From: a virus
Virus record (IMG/VR): IMGVR_UViG_3300027861_000010
Direction: 5' to 3' (one strand)
Length of the DNA stretch: 64,000 nucleotides
This document shows, piece by piece, positions 19,725-29,808 of the stretch. The notes beneath the pieces were generated by a model that saw nothing but the letters and a program-made list of their open reading frames with translations, did no database searches and was not told where the DNA came from. Each line of letters opens with the position of its first letter. The first letter of the stretch is position 1. The translations under genes and the position numbers were made by a program.

Positions 19725-22700
19725 GTGGCAGGGATGGCCCCTACAACACAATGCCCGCAAGGCCCACAGGATCCGGTGTTCGACATCGTCAAGTGCGATG
19801 TTCCGTGCATCTTCCCGATCCCAGATGGCAATTGGATTGAAGATCCGCAGGTTCCTCCGGCACCGGATGACATCGCGGATTGTCCTGCTATCCCTGTGCC
19901 TTTACCGGAACCGGATCCACTCTGTCCTGAGATCACGTTTGATGGGAATCCTCAAGGTGGGCAGGCTCAAATTAGTGTTGTGCCGATTGGACAAGAACGG
20001 GCTTTCTTCCGTATCACTAAAGGTGAATGTTGCGATTACGACTTCGATCTTGAGATCGACTTTCCTTGTCCTGAACTGATTTCACTGGACTCGAATAGCC
20101 AATCAAACTCGAATTCAAACTCGAATTCGAGTAGTTACGCAGAGTGCGGTACGCCGCCGTCCGCTACGTTAGACATTACGAAGTCAGGCGACTGTACCTA
20201 CACCTTCGATCTTGAAGTCATATTTCCGTGCCCTCAAGACGGACCACAAGGCCCACCAGGCCCACAAGGCCCACAAGGCCCACAAGGACCGGGCGGACCA
20301 CAGGGACCACAGGGACCGGGCGGACCCCAAGGACCACAGGGACCGGGAGGCCCACAAGGGCCACAGGGACCAGAAGGTCCCCAAGGACCACAGGGACCAG
20401 AAGGTCCTCAGGGACCACAGGCACCAAAGAACCCAGACGGTCCACAAGGTCCCCAAGGACCACAAGGCCCGCAAGGACCGGGCGGACCACAGGGACCACA
20501 GGGTCCAGAAGGTCCCCAAGGGCCACAGGGTCCAGAAGGTCCCCAAGGGCCACAGGGACCAGAAGGTCCTCAGGGACCACAGGGACCAGAAGGTCCCCAA
20601 GGACCACAGGGACCACAGGGACCACAGGGTCCAGAAGGTCCCCAAGGGCCACAAGGGCCACAGGGACCGGACGGACCACAAGGAGCCGACGGACCACAGG
20701 GACCGGACGGACCTCAAGGGCCACAGGGACCAGAAGGTCCTCAGGGACCACAAGGGCCACAGGGACCAGAAGGTCCTCAGGGACCACAAGGGCCACAGGG
20801 TACAGAAGGACCACAGGGACCACAGGGTACAGAAGGTCCACAGGGACCACAGGGACCACAGGGTACAGAAGGTCCACAGGGACCACAGGGTACAGAAGGT
20901 CCACAGGGACCACAGGGTACAGAAGGTCCACAGGGACCACAGGGAGCCGACGGACCCCAGGGACCACAGGGAGCCGACGGACCACAGGGACCACAGGGAG
21001 CCGACGGACCACAGGGACCGGACGGACCACAAGGAGCCGACGGACCACAGGGACCGGACGGACCTCAAGGAGCTGACGGACCACAGGGACCGGACGGACC
21101 TCAAGGAGCTGACGGACCTCAAGGCCCCGATGGACCTCAAGGGGCCGATGGACCTCAAGGGGCTGACGGACCTCAAGGCCCCGATGGACCTCAAGGGGCT
21201 AAAGGCCCACAAGGAGCTGACGGCCCACAGGGACCGGACGGACCTCAAGGAGCTGACGGCCCGCAAGGGTCTAAAGGTCCACAAGGAGCTTCCGGACCTC
21301 AGGGAGCTTCCGGACCTCAAGGGTCTAAAGGCCCTCAAGGAACAGCTGGGCCTCAGGGAACAGCCGGACCTCAGGGTGACGCGGGACCTATAGGTCCTCA
21401 AGGCCCGATAGGTCCAGACGGTAATGCCGGACCACAAGGTCCGACCGGGGCAGCTGGCCCGACTGGTGACCCGGGACCTCAAGTTCAAGGAACAGGTGGT
21501 GGGACTGGACCTACAGGAGCAACTGGTCCAACAGGAGCAACAGGCCCAGACGGAGCCCAAGGTCCGGTTGGAGCAACAGGCCCAACAGGAGCAACTGGTC
21601 CAGTCGGAGCAACAGGCCCAGACGGAGCCCAAGGTCCGGTTGGAGCAACAGGCCCAGACGGAGCCCAAGGAGCAGCTGGGGCTGCTGGTGCCCAAGGTGC
21701 TGCCGGGGCTGCTGGTGCTCAAGGTGCTGCCGGGGCTGCTGGTGCTCAAGGTGCTGCCGGGGCTGCTGGTGCCCAAGGTGCTGCCGGGGCTGCTGGTGCC
21801 CAAGGTGCTGCCGGGGCAGCAGGTGCCCAAGGTGCTGCCGGGGCAGCAGGTGCCCAAGGACCAGCCGGAGCAACAGGTTCGCAAGGAGCAGCTGGGGCTG
21901 CTGGTGCTCAAGGTGCTGCCGGGGCAGCAGGTGCCCAAGGACCAGCCGGAGCAACAGGTTCGCAAGGAGCAGCTGGGGCTGCTGGTGCTCAAGGACCAGT
22001 GGGAGCAACAGGTTTTCAAGGCTTCACTGGTCCAACTGGATTTATAGGGTCACAAGGACCGGTTGGTCCAACGGGAGCACAAGGTTCGTCAGGTGCTCAG
22101 GGGCCATTCGGACCAGTCGGTCTTGACGGCACACAAGGCCCGACAGGAGAATCCGGCCCTGTTGGAGCAATAGGGGGTCAAGGACCAACTGGTCCAGCCG
22201 GAGCAACTGGGGCTCAAGGGGCTGCCGGAGCAGCAGGATCTCAAGGCTCTGCTGGAGCCCAAGGCTCTGCTGGAGCAATAGGGGGTCAAGGACCAACTGG
22301 TCCAGCCGGAGCAACTGGGGCTCAAGGGGCTGCCGGAGCAGCAGGATCTCAAGGCTCTGCTGGAGCCCAAGGCTCTGCTGGAGCAACAGGATCACAAGGT
22401 CCGATCGGAGCAACTGGTCCAACAGGAGACGCTGGAGCCGCGGGTGCTCAAGGGCCGACCGGTGCTCAGGGTGCTGACGGTGCAACTGGTCCAACAGGAG
22501 ACGCTGGAGACGCAGGTGCTCAAGGGGCAACCGGACCAACTGGTGGAACAGGGCCAACAGGATCTCAAGGGCCAACAGGATCTCAAGGTCCGACCGGAGC
22601 AACTGGTCCAACAGGAGACGCTGGAGACGCAGGTGCTCAAGGGGCAACCGGACCAACTGGTGGAACAGGGCCAACTGGTTCGCAGGGATCAATAGGTCCG

Positions 22701-24785
22701 ACAGGTCCGACAGGTGGTGCCGGTGTCCAGGGGCCAGTTGGAGTTCAAGGACCTGACGGAGCACCCGGTGCTCAAGGAGCAACAGGTGCTCAAGGTGCTG
22801 ACGGTACAACGGGAGCACAAGGCCCAACTGGTTCGCAGGGATCAACAGGTCCGACAGGTCCGACAGGCACCCCAGGTACGAACGGTTTACCGGGTTCACA
22901 AGGCCCGACCGGTGCTCAAGGTCCGTCAGGTGAGCAAGGTTTAGCTGGTGGTTGGTCGAGCTATTGGGAATTCGATAGTGCTACTGGAACCCCACCGGCC
23001 TCGACTCAACTTCGACTTAACAATGCAACGTTGAGTTCAGTTACTCGCATCTATGCGTCTGATACAAACATAGACTCAGTTGATGTTTCAGGAATGTTGA
23101 ACGCGATCGGTGTCGGCGACATCCTTCGCGTCTTCAATCCCTACGATTCCACAGAATTTGCTCACTACGAAATTGATTCCATTACGGATCAGACTTCGTA
23201 CTTCGACTTCACTGTCACTCATATCGAATCCAACGGTACGTTTACCGACGCGAATCCGATTGTGATGACGGTTTCTATGTTGGGTAATGTTGGTAACCAA
23301 GGGCCAGCCGGAATTACAGGCCCGACCGGTCCTGTTGGGGCTCAAGGAGCAGCTGGCCCAACCGGAGGAACCGGCCCCGCTGGTGTACAAGGCCCAGCAG
23401 GTACTCAAGGGAGTACGGGTCCGAGTGGTGCACAAGGTACAGTAGGTGTTCAAGGAGATACAGGTCCGAGCGGGGCACAGGGATCGGCTGGTGCCCAAGG
23501 ACCGGACGGAGCAACCGGCCCAACTGGAGGAACTGGCCCCGCGGGAGCAACCGGCCCAACTGGAGGAACTGGCCCCGTTGGTGCTCAAGGACCGGACGGA
23601 GGCACAGGACCAGCCGGACCAGCGGGCTCACAAGGACCAACCGGCCCAACTGGAGGAACTGGTCCCGTAGGCGGTCAAGGACCAACAGGCTCACAAGGTC
23701 CGACTGGTCCAACTGGAGGAACTGGCCCCGTTGGTGCTCAAGGACCGGACGGAGGCACAGGACCGGACGGAGGCACAGGACCAGCCGGACCAGCGGGCTC
23801 ACAAGGACCAACCGGCCCAACCGGCCCAACTGGAGGAACTGGTCCCGTAGGCGGTCAAGGACCAACTGGCTCGCAAGGGTCATCTGGTCCGGCTGGCGGG
23901 CAAGGCCCTACTGGTACTCAAGGACCGGACGGAGGCACAGGACCAGCCGGTACGCCAGGTCCTGCTGGTATTCAAGGTCCTGCTGGTGTTCAAGGTCCGG
24001 TAGGTGCAACAGGTTCGCAGGGGCCGACAGGTCCTACTGGAGGCGGCGGTCCAGCCGGTCCTCCTGGTGCTCAAGGCCCAACAGGAACCCAAGGTGCGAC
24101 AGGTTCGCAAGGACCAACCGGCCCAACTGGAGGAACTGGCCCAACTGGAGGAACTGGCCCCGCGGGAGCAACCGGCCCAACTGGAGGAACTGGCCCAACT
24201 GGAGGAACTGGCCCCGCGGGAGCTCAAGGCCCAACAGGAGCCGCCGGAGACGCCGGAGCCCAGGGACCAACCGGAACCGCGGGAGACACCGGCTCACAGG
24301 GTCCAACCGGAACCGCGGGAGACACCGGCTCACAGGGTCCAACTGGAGCTGCCGGGGATCAGGGACCAGAAGGTCCTCAGGGACCTCCTGGACCTCCAGG
24401 AGGAGCGGGACCGCTAACGCTCAGCGACGAGTTCAATCCTTATTTGGACTTCAGTGAGCCAGCGACTGATACATCCATGTTCCTTCGTTCTGGTGCTCAA
24501 GGAGCGACCGGTGCTCAAGGTTCGGTTGGACGCCAAGGCGGCTCCGGTAAACAAGGTTCGACAGGTAAACAAGGTCCGTCCGGTACTAACGCTACCGCCG
24601 AACGTGGTGGTTTACTTGCAGCTTCGATGCTGGATTCAGTGGCAGAGCCTGGTACGATATACTACTCTCTAACTTCGATGAGACTTGTATTCATGGATCG
24701 CAAAGGCAAGATCTTCTCGCTCACAGGTGATGTTCCGGACGGGTACGTTAAGTTCAAGGAGGACTCAGCTGGACCGCAAATTTAA
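19725..24785 (+). CDS. Giant collagen-like protein (probable tail fibre/whisker), 1686 aa
   Basis: Gly-X-Y runs at ~20241-22945 and ~23290-24410, separated by a ~115-aa globular insert. Cys/Pro-rich N-terminus and short C-terminal domain. Confidence 0.85.
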   Translation: MAGMAPTTQCPQGPQDPVFDIVKCDVPCIFPIPDGNWIEDPQVPPAPDDIADCPAIPVPLPEPDPLCPEITFDGNPQGGQAQISVVPIGQERAFFRITKGECCDYDFDLEIDFPCPELISLDSNSQSNSNSNSNSSSYAECGTPPSATLDITKSGDCTYTFDLEVIFPCPQDGPQGPPGPQGPQGPQGPGGPQGPQGPGGPQGPQGPGGPQGPQGPEGPQGPQGPEGPQGPQAPKNPDGPQGPQGPQGPQGPGGPQGPQGPEGPQGPQGPEGPQGPQGPEGPQGPQGPEGPQGPQGPQGPQGPEGPQGPQGPQGPDGPQGADGPQGPDGPQGPQGPEGPQGPQGPQGPEGPQGPQGPQGTEGPQGPQGTEGPQGPQGPQGTEGPQGPQGTEGPQGPQGTEGPQGPQGADGPQGPQGADGPQGPQGADGPQGPDGPQGADGPQGPDGPQGADGPQGPDGPQGADGPQGPDGPQGADGPQGADGPQGPDGPQGAKGPQGADGPQGPDGPQGADGPQGSKGPQGASGPQGASGPQGSKGPQGTAGPQGTAGPQGDAGPIGPQGPIGPDGNAGPQGPTGAAGPTGDPGPQVQGTGGGTGPTGATGPTGATGPDGAQGPVGATGPTGATGPVGATGPDGAQGPVGATGPDGAQGAAGAAGAQGAAGAAGAQGAAGAAGAQGAAGAAGAQGAAGAAGAQGAAGAAGAQGAAGAAGAQGPAGATGSQGAAGAAGAQGAAGAAGAQGPAGATGSQGAAGAAGAQGPVGATGFQGFTGPTGFIGSQGPVGPTGAQGSSGAQGPFGPVGLDGTQGPTGESGPVGAIGGQGPTGPAGATGAQGAAGAAGSQGSAGAQGSAGAIGGQGPTGPAGATGAQGAAGAAGSQGSAGAQGSAGATGSQGPIGATGPTGDAGAAGAQGPTGAQGADGATGPTGDAGDAGAQGATGPTGGTGPTGSQGPTGSQGPTGATGPTGDAGDAGAQGATGPTGGTGPTGSQGSIGPTGPTGGAGVQGPVGVQGPDGAPGAQGATGAQGADGTTGAQGPTGSQGSTGPTGPTGTPGTNGLPGSQGPTGAQGPSGEQGLAGGWSSYWEFDSATGTPPASTQLRLNNATLSSVTRIYASDTNIDSVDVSGMLNAIGVGDILRVFNPYDSTEFAHYEIDSITDQTSYFDFTVTHIESNGTFTDANPIVMTVSMLGNVGNQGPAGITGPTGPVGAQGAAGPTGGTGPAGVQGPAGTQGSTGPSGAQGTVGVQGDTGPSGAQGSAGAQGPDGATGPTGGTGPAGATGPTGGTGPVGAQGPDGGTGPAGPAGSQGPTGPTGGTGPVGGQGPTGSQGPTGPTGGTGPVGAQGPDGGTGPDGGTGPAGPAGSQGPTGPTGPTGGTGPVGGQGPTGSQGSSGPAGGQGPTGTQGPDGGTGPAGTPGPAGIQGPAGVQGPVGATGSQGPTGPTGGGGPAGPPGAQGPTGTQGATGSQGPTGPTGGTGPTGGTGPAGATGPTGGTGPTGGTGPAGAQGPTGAAGDAGAQGPTGTAGDTGSQGPTGTAGDTGSQGPTGAAGDQGPEGPQGPPGPPGGAGPLTLSDEFNPYLDFSEPATDTSMFLRSGAQGATGAQGSVGRQGGSGKQGSTGKQGPSGTNATAERGGLLAASMLDSVAEPGTIYYSLTSMRLVFMDRKGKIFSLTGDVPDGYVKFKEDSAGPQI

Positions 24786-24798
24786 GTGAAGGAAAACC

Positions 24799-25173
24799 AT
24801 GCACGATACGATGGCCGTTTACATGACTGTCGAGGACCCAGAAGGTTTGGCTCCAGTGGAGAATGCTTACTGCACTCTGACAGAAGTTCATGCCAACTTC
24901 AAAACTAAGTCGTTGATTGCAATCTTCGAGTGCTGGCGAAGCCGTCAGGCTTTTGAAGCAGAGCGTAAGTCGTTCACCGCGATTCAGTTGCAATTTGAAA
25001 CAGAGAATGGCGGTAAAGAGTTTTTCGAGCGGTACGGCGTCGACGGGGCAGGCTTGTCTCTTGGCCCCAACATTAAGCAGTTCGCCCTGGAGCGGGCACT
25101 TAACGGGGCTATCTTGGTTGACGAAGGAACAACACAGGACGTAGAGAGGGAATCGACCGTTGAGCAAGCCTAA
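24799..25173 (+). CDS. Hypothetical protein (possible fibre assembly factor)
   Basis: 124-aa ORF directly after the collagen gene, AAGGA RBS. Confidence 0.6.
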   Translation: MHDTMAVYMTVEDPEGLAPVENAYCTLTEVHANFKTKSLIAIFECWRSRQAFEAERKSFTAIQLQFETENGGKEFFERYGVDGAGLSLGPNIKQFALERALNGAILVDEGTTQDVERESTVEQA

Positions 25174-27193
25174 AACGCGAATCATTATTCGACACAGGTG
25201 GGCTCTTGGCGATACGGTCTTGATGACTGCATTGGTTCGAGACATTCATCGAGCCTATCCTGGTGAATACGAAATCAAAGTAGACACGAACTTCACTAAC
25301 GTGTGGTGGAACAACCCGCACGTTACTACGTTCGAGGAAGCAGGCCTGCCTCGGCCCACCAAAATCACAGTGGAATGGGGAGACGCGATCAAGTGGAATG
25401 CGTACGCCAAGTACGGTGGTCGCAAAGAGATGAAGCACATCCTCGCTTGGTACCACTACGATTTTGAGCGTAAGACGGGACTGAAAGTTCCAGTCACCGA
25501 TCCGAAGCCCGATCTGCACCTGGATGCTCAAGAAATAAAGCGACGTATTCAGGGGCGGTACTGGATTATCCTTTCAGGCGGCAAGCTGGATCTGACCACC
25601 AAGCATTGGCACGCACACCGTGCTCAGGAGACGGTCGACAAACTAGCTGCAATGGGAATTCACTGTGTCCAGGTAGGAGCAGTCCATACCAATCACGTTC
25701 ACCCGCCGCTGAAGAACACCACGAACCTAATAGGTAAGACTGAGAATGTCCGTGATTTGTGGAACTTGATCCTCCACTCAGATGGCGTCATTTGTGGTGT
25801 GACCGGGGCGATGCACATTGCGGCTGCGTTTGACAAACCGTGCGTGGTCTATGCGGGCGGAAGAGAGGAACCTTGGTTCGAGGCTTATGTTGACAACTTC
25901 AAGGCTTTCGGACCCACAGCCAATTCAGTAAAAGTGCCGCATAAGTTTCTGCATACAATTGGTATGCTTGAATGCTGTGACGTGCAGGGCTGTTGGAAGA
26001 AGCGAACTATCCCCTTGGATCCGACGGACCTGAACCGCAAAGCTCATACTTTGTGTCGTCAGCCTGTCCGCCCCGCGGCAAGTCATCCAGTTCCGCGGTG
26101 TCAGGACCTGATTACATCCGATCACGTTATCGAGGCCGTTATGGAATACTACGAATCAGGGATGTTACCTCCCATTCAACCGCCCAAGAAAACTTACGCA
26201 GATCAAAATCCGGATTTTAAGCCGGAGCCGGAGGGTATTCAGATTCCGACGGTTGAATTGGTCAAGGTTCGAGGTAACCAAACTGAAAAGTTGGCACAAA
26301 CTCCTGAAGCTCCAGTCCAGCTACTTCGAGAACCGTCGGTTGAGGTGCGTAAGCAGAAGGCGTACCAGAAGGTCCACCCGAAAGAGCTTGTACAGGCCAA
26401 GCCTGCTGGAATCAAACGTAAATTGGCGATCATGGATGACCCGATTATTGGCGGCAAAATTACAGTCTGCGTGCTTTGCTACGGTCCACACACAGACTTA
26501 GCCAAGCGGTGCTTGTCCAGCATTCTAGGTACGATTCCAAAGGAACGACTCGATCTTCGCGTTGCAACTAATCAAGCCGCTCAATCGACGATTGATTATT
26601 TGAAGACGCTGCCGATCGACAAGCTCTACATCAACAGCGAGAATCGGCACAAGTATCCAGTCATGCGGGAAATGTTTTGGGACCAGTCGAAACCCATCGA
26701 GACCAACTATCTTGTTTGGTTTGATGATGATACTTGGATCGTGAAACCGCAATGGATCGACGACCTGTGCACCACGATCGTCGGCAACCACCCGTATAAC
26801 TTCCGCATGTTCGGCAACATCATGTATCACGACTTGGCGATTTACGCTAAAGGCGGTGGTCGACCGGATGCTTGGTTCAGGACTGCTCCTTGGTACAAGG
26901 GTCGAAATTTCAGAGCTAAAAGCAGCCAACAAGAGACGCCAAACGGCAGCATGATTGATTTTGCTGTTGGATGGTGTTGGGCCTTGAGTGTTGAAGCCAT
27001 GCGAACCGCCAACATGCCTGACCCAAGACTAGGACACAACGGCGGCGACATCACGTTAGGCGAGCAGATACATCAAGCTGGCTTTGCCATCAAACAATGG
27101 AACCGCGGTAAGAGCTTGGTTGCTTGTCCGTCAAGGGAGCAGGGCGGACGCCGTGGTTACTCGGAGAGATTTCCATGGGATCCCAAGCGTTAG
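25160..27193 (+). CDS. Bifunctional glycosyltransferase: GT9 (heptosyltransferase-like) + GT2-like
   Basis: N-terminal ALGDTVLMTALVRDIHRAYPG...SDGVICGVTGAMHIAAAFDKPCVVYAGG (GT9). C-terminal ITVCVLCYG...VWFDDD (GT-A fold DXD). Confidence 0.8.
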   Translation: MSKPKTRIIIRHRWALGDTVLMTALVRDIHRAYPGEYEIKVDTNFTNVWWNNPHVTTFEEAGLPRPTKITVEWGDAIKWNAYAKYGGRKEMKHILAWYHYDFERKTGLKVPVTDPKPDLHLDAQEIKRRIQGRYWIILSGGKLDLTTKHWHAHRAQETVDKLAAMGIHCVQVGAVHTNHVHPPLKNTTNLIGKTENVRDLWNLILHSDGVICGVTGAMHIAAAFDKPCVVYAGGREEPWFEAYVDNFKAFGPTANSVKVPHKFLHTIGMLECCDVQGCWKKRTIPLDPTDLNRKAHTLCRQPVRPAASHPVPRCQDLITSDHVIEAVMEYYESGMLPPIQPPKKTYADQNPDFKPEPEGIQIPTVELVKVRGNQTEKLAQTPEAPVQLLREPSVEVRKQKAYQKVHPKELVQAKPAGIKRKLAIMDDPIIGGKITVCVLCYGPHTDLAKRCLSSILGTIPKERLDLRVATNQAAQSTIDYLKTLPIDKLYINSENRHKYPVMREMFWDQSKPIETNYLVWFDDDTWIVKPQWIDDLCTTIVGNHPYNFRMFGNIMYHDLAIYAKGGGRPDAWFRTAPWYKGRNFRAKSSQQETPNGSMIDFAVGWCWALSVEAMRTANMPDPRLGHNGGDITLGEQIHQAGFAIKQWNRGKSLVACPSREQGGRRGYSERFPWDPKR

Positions 27194-27519
27194 TTTTCGA
27201 TCATCACCTGGCAGTACAGTTGTGGGCTGATCCGTTCTTCTGGGAAAATGCCCCAAGCTGGGAGGATGACCGTGAAATGGCAGAAGCTGAAGCTGAAGCG
27301 GCAGCAGAGGATAAAAGTAGCCTCAGTGTCAGGCACAGCGATCTGTATAATGCATGGGCGAATCGCTTAGAGTACTGTGCTAGCACCGATCCAGCAGTGG
27401 TTCGTCAGATTACGGATTACATCCACAAGAAACGAAAATATCGGCGGGAGCAAATTGTGCTGCCCGCCACTAAGACCAGAAGGACAATGGTTCTTCTCTC
27501 TAATGGAGTAGAGACATGA
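27175..27519 (+). CDS. Hypothetical protein
   Basis: ORF filling the gap between the GT and the next gene; start uncertain. Confidence 0.45.
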   Translation: MGSQALVFDHHLAVQLWADPFFWENAPSWEDDREMAEAEAEAAAEDKSSLSVRHSDLYNAWANRLEYCASTDPAVVRQITDYIHKKRKYRREQIVLPATKTRRTMVLLSNGVET

Positions 27520-27959
27520 CACGACGCATCCGGTTGACTCGTTACGCCGCTAACACGGTCAACTTCAACAACTATGGAGCCTACCGGCTGCGTATTGAAG
27601 TGACGTCCGTTGAAGGTGCTGACCTGGACGAGCACATCTTCATTTACAAGCGGAACCCTCCAAGTGCGTACACCAACTTGAGTTGTGATACGTTCGAGGC
27701 TGTTGCTGGACCTCCCCAGTTGGCCCTGTATCCGGCGGGGGAGCCTAATGCTGATCAAGGTTGGCCGTATTATCGACTGAACTATGTCGAGCTGGATTTA
27801 CCGTCCACAAAACAGGCTGATCAAATTTGGCAAGAGATTCAGAGGGAAGTCTGCGTCTTGATTTCCGCGATGGACCGGCTCGATCAATTACAAGCTATCG
27901 AAGACATCTGGTGCCCTGGTCCGCCAGATACAGGATCGCAGTCTTCTCAAAGCGTTTAA
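27516..27959 (+). CDS. Hypothetical protein
   Basis: 147-aa ORF with overlapping start/stop coupling. Confidence 0.65.
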   Translation: MTRRIRLTRYAANTVNFNNYGAYRLRIEVTSVEGADLDEHIFIYKRNPPSAYTNLSCDTFEAVAGPPQLALYPAGEPNADQGWPYYRLNYVELDLPSTKQADQIWQEIQREVCVLISAMDRLDQLQAIEDIWCPGPPDTGSQSSQSV

Positions 27960-27968
27960 GGATAAACC

Positions 27969-28268
27969 ATGGCTTTGCATAAATTATTGGTCATAGAGGA
28001 GGCCGTGCTGATCTCCATGGCCGGGAACCCAAACTTCGTTCGCGAATTCGGATTTTTGAAGGGCTTACAGCAACTTCGCAAATCACGAACTGGTTGTGGT
28101 CGTTGCAACAAGGGAGCAGGCAAACGCGTGCAACTGGTCAACGCAGCTAAACAATCTTTGGTCAGCATGGGGGCTGAAAAGAAGCGTAGACTTAAGGCAT
28201 TGCTCAAGGCGGAGAAGGTTCGCATACGTGCTGCGAACGGAGGCAAAGTCACGGAGTACACATTCTAG
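27969..28268 (+). CDS. Small basic hypothetical protein with CxxC
   Basis: 99 aa, CGRC motif, Lys/Arg-rich; last gene of the structural block. Confidence 0.6.
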   Translation: MALHKLLVIEEAVLISMAGNPNFVREFGFLKGLQQLRKSRTGCGRCNKGAGKRVQLVNAAKQSLVSMGAEKKRRLKALLKAEKVRIRAANGGKVTEYTF

Positions 28269-28299
28269 CGATAAACCTAAAGAAAAGCGAAATTCGTGT

Positions 28300-28323
28300 C
28301 ATTATTGTATGAAGGAAACCTTA
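28300..28323 (+). promoter_or_regulatory. Promoter/leader motif copy 1
   Basis: CATTATTGTATGAAGGAAACCTTA, 21/24 identical to 29785-29808; intergenic. Confidence 0.55.
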
Positions 28324-28341
28324 TGGTTTCCCCTCTCGAGG

Positions 28342-28372
28342 CCTCGGTTGGACTTTCCAATCGAGGTTTTTT
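28342..28372 (+). terminator. Terminator-like hairpin in the leader
   Basis: CCTCGGTTGGA...TCCAATCGAGG followed by T6. Confidence 0.6.
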
Positions 28373-28397
28373 ATTAGTTCTTACTGGAGGCAAGACA

Positions 28398-28907
28398 ATG
28401 ACTGAGAAGAAATTACCCGCAGCTACCGGACCCATCAATCAGTTTGAAGCTGTACCGCACAACCAGTGCGTTTCCGATAGTTTGTCGTTTGGCATGCGGG
28501 ATGCCGTCGACCCTGAGGCATATAAGGCATATACCGCTGACGATGTCGTCTTCGTCACGGCCTGCAATTTCGAGACTGAAGAGCAGCTCGAAGAGATTAT
28601 TGCTCGTTACCTGGAAGTCTACTGGAAGAAATGTCCAGAGGCTGCTGACGCCGCCCGCAAAGCCTGGCGGGAAGGACGTATCATCGTGCCCCGGGCACAC
28701 GGCTACTGCTGCCCTATTGGTGCTCCCGGGCAGCCGCTTTGGGTTAATTTTGAAGAATGGAAAACCGAAGTTGCCAATCACGCTCCTGAGTGGAGCATGG
28801 GTTGGTGTCCTCGCAACTGTGAAGTTACTCGCGAACAAGTGCTCGCGACACAGACCATTCAAGAACTGTACCAGCTCTTCCCCAAGGGCGATGAAAACTG
28901 GAGATAA
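28398..28907 (+). CDS. Hypothetical protein
   Basis: Start refined to ATG 28398 (GGAGG RBS). Confidence 0.65.
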   Translation: MTEKKLPAATGPINQFEAVPHNQCVSDSLSFGMRDAVDPEAYKAYTADDVVFVTACNFETEEQLEEIIARYLEVYWKKCPEAADAARKAWREGRIIVPRAHGYCCPIGAPGQPLWVNFEEWKTEVANHAPEWSMGWCPRNCEVTREQVLATQTIQELYQLFPKGDENWR

Positions 28908-28908
28908 C

Positions 28909-29769
28909 ATGAGCATTAAAATCGTTACCCACACCGGCCAAGCTCATCGGGATGAGTTCATGGCTTGTTGTTTGATTGTCGCAACGCATGAAGGTTGCCG
29001 TATTGAGCGACGAAGTGTTCGACCGGAGGATTTGCTGGATCCCGCAACGTTGGTACTTGATCAAGGTATGGAGCACGACCCAAACCTGTACAACTTTGAT
29101 CATCACCAATTTGAGCGTGACGCTCCAGCGGCCTGCAGTATCACTTTGATTTTGGAGTTGGTTGGTGTCGAAGATGCTGACGCGGCTCGAAAGATCTGGC
29201 AGTGGTTGGAGTTCAGCGAATGGTTGGACGCAAAGGGACCGTACCAGACAGCAGAGCGGTTCAAAATGGATCCTGATACTCTGATCAATTCCATGTCTCC
29301 TGTCGAAACGTCCGTGCTACGTTGGTTTGCATCCAAGAAGGTTGTTCAGCCGGACCATGAACTTTGGCAGCTGATGCATCGCATCGGCAGCGACAAGCTC
29401 GATTACTACAACCAAGTGAGCGAGCGACTCGAACGGCTGGAGCGGGAAGTGGTGTTTCACGACTTGTACAGTTACAAAGTCTGTGACGCTACTTCAATTG
29501 ACCGGACTGAAGGTCCTCTACTGGCCTTGGAGTTGTACCTACGTCAGCTCAACCTTGATTGCCCAATTACGGTCACACAAGATGATCGAGGTGATGGCCT
29601 GTGTTTGTTCCGCCGCGGTAACGACATCCGAACTGACTTCAGTAAGGTTGAGAATGACGACGGCGTGGTCTTTGCACACAAGAATGGCTACGTTGCTAAG
29701 CTCCATGCGGATGTCCCATGGCAGGGCATTCTTGAGGCTTCGCAGGTCAAGTTTTTGGCACCTAAATAA
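28909..29769 (+). CDS. MYG1-like (UPF0160, DHH-superfamily) metal-dependent hydrolase/exonuclease
   Basis: Start ATG 28909. IVTHTGQAHRDE, LDQGMEHDP...FDHHQF and VFAHKNGYVA match the MYG1 motifs THxG.FH.DE, D.G, FDHHQ and F.H..GF. Confidence 0.7.
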   Translation: MSIKIVTHTGQAHRDEFMACCLIVATHEGCRIERRSVRPEDLLDPATLVLDQGMEHDPNLYNFDHHQFERDAPAACSITLILELVGVEDADAARKIWQWLEFSEWLDAKGPYQTAERFKMDPDTLINSMSPVETSVLRWFASKKVVQPDHELWQLMHRIGSDKLDYYNQVSERLERLEREVVFHDLYSYKVCDATSIDRTEGPLLALELYLRQLNLDCPITVTQDDRGDGLCLFRRGNDIRTDFSKVENDDGVVFAHKNGYVAKLHADVPWQGILEASQVKFLAPK

Positions 29770-29784
29770 ACTGGTTTTTGGTGG

Positions 29785-29808
29785 CATAATTAGATGAAGG
29801 AAACCTTA
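29785..29808 (+). promoter_or_regulatory. Promoter/leader motif copy 2 (extended -10 TGgCATAAT)
   Basis: GTGGCATAATTAGATGAAGGAAACCTTA; matches 28300-28323. Confidence 0.6.

Noticed and set aside
20184-24672. Many long alternative-frame and antisense ORFs over the collagen gene
   Set aside because: By-products of the 9-nt periodic Gly-X-Y repeat lacking stops; low-complexity translations with no RBS support.
1-28268. Extracellular contractile injection system or tailocin instead of a phage
   Set aside because: Terminase, primase-like and nucleotide-metabolism genes and a phage-type early region are on the same contig.
28444-28908. N-terminal extension of the MYG1-like ORF (and similar extensions of ORFs at 5732, 46679, 51565-52863 and 60585)
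   Set aside because: They overlap upstream genes or the array. Internal starts with an RBS or signal peptide fit better.
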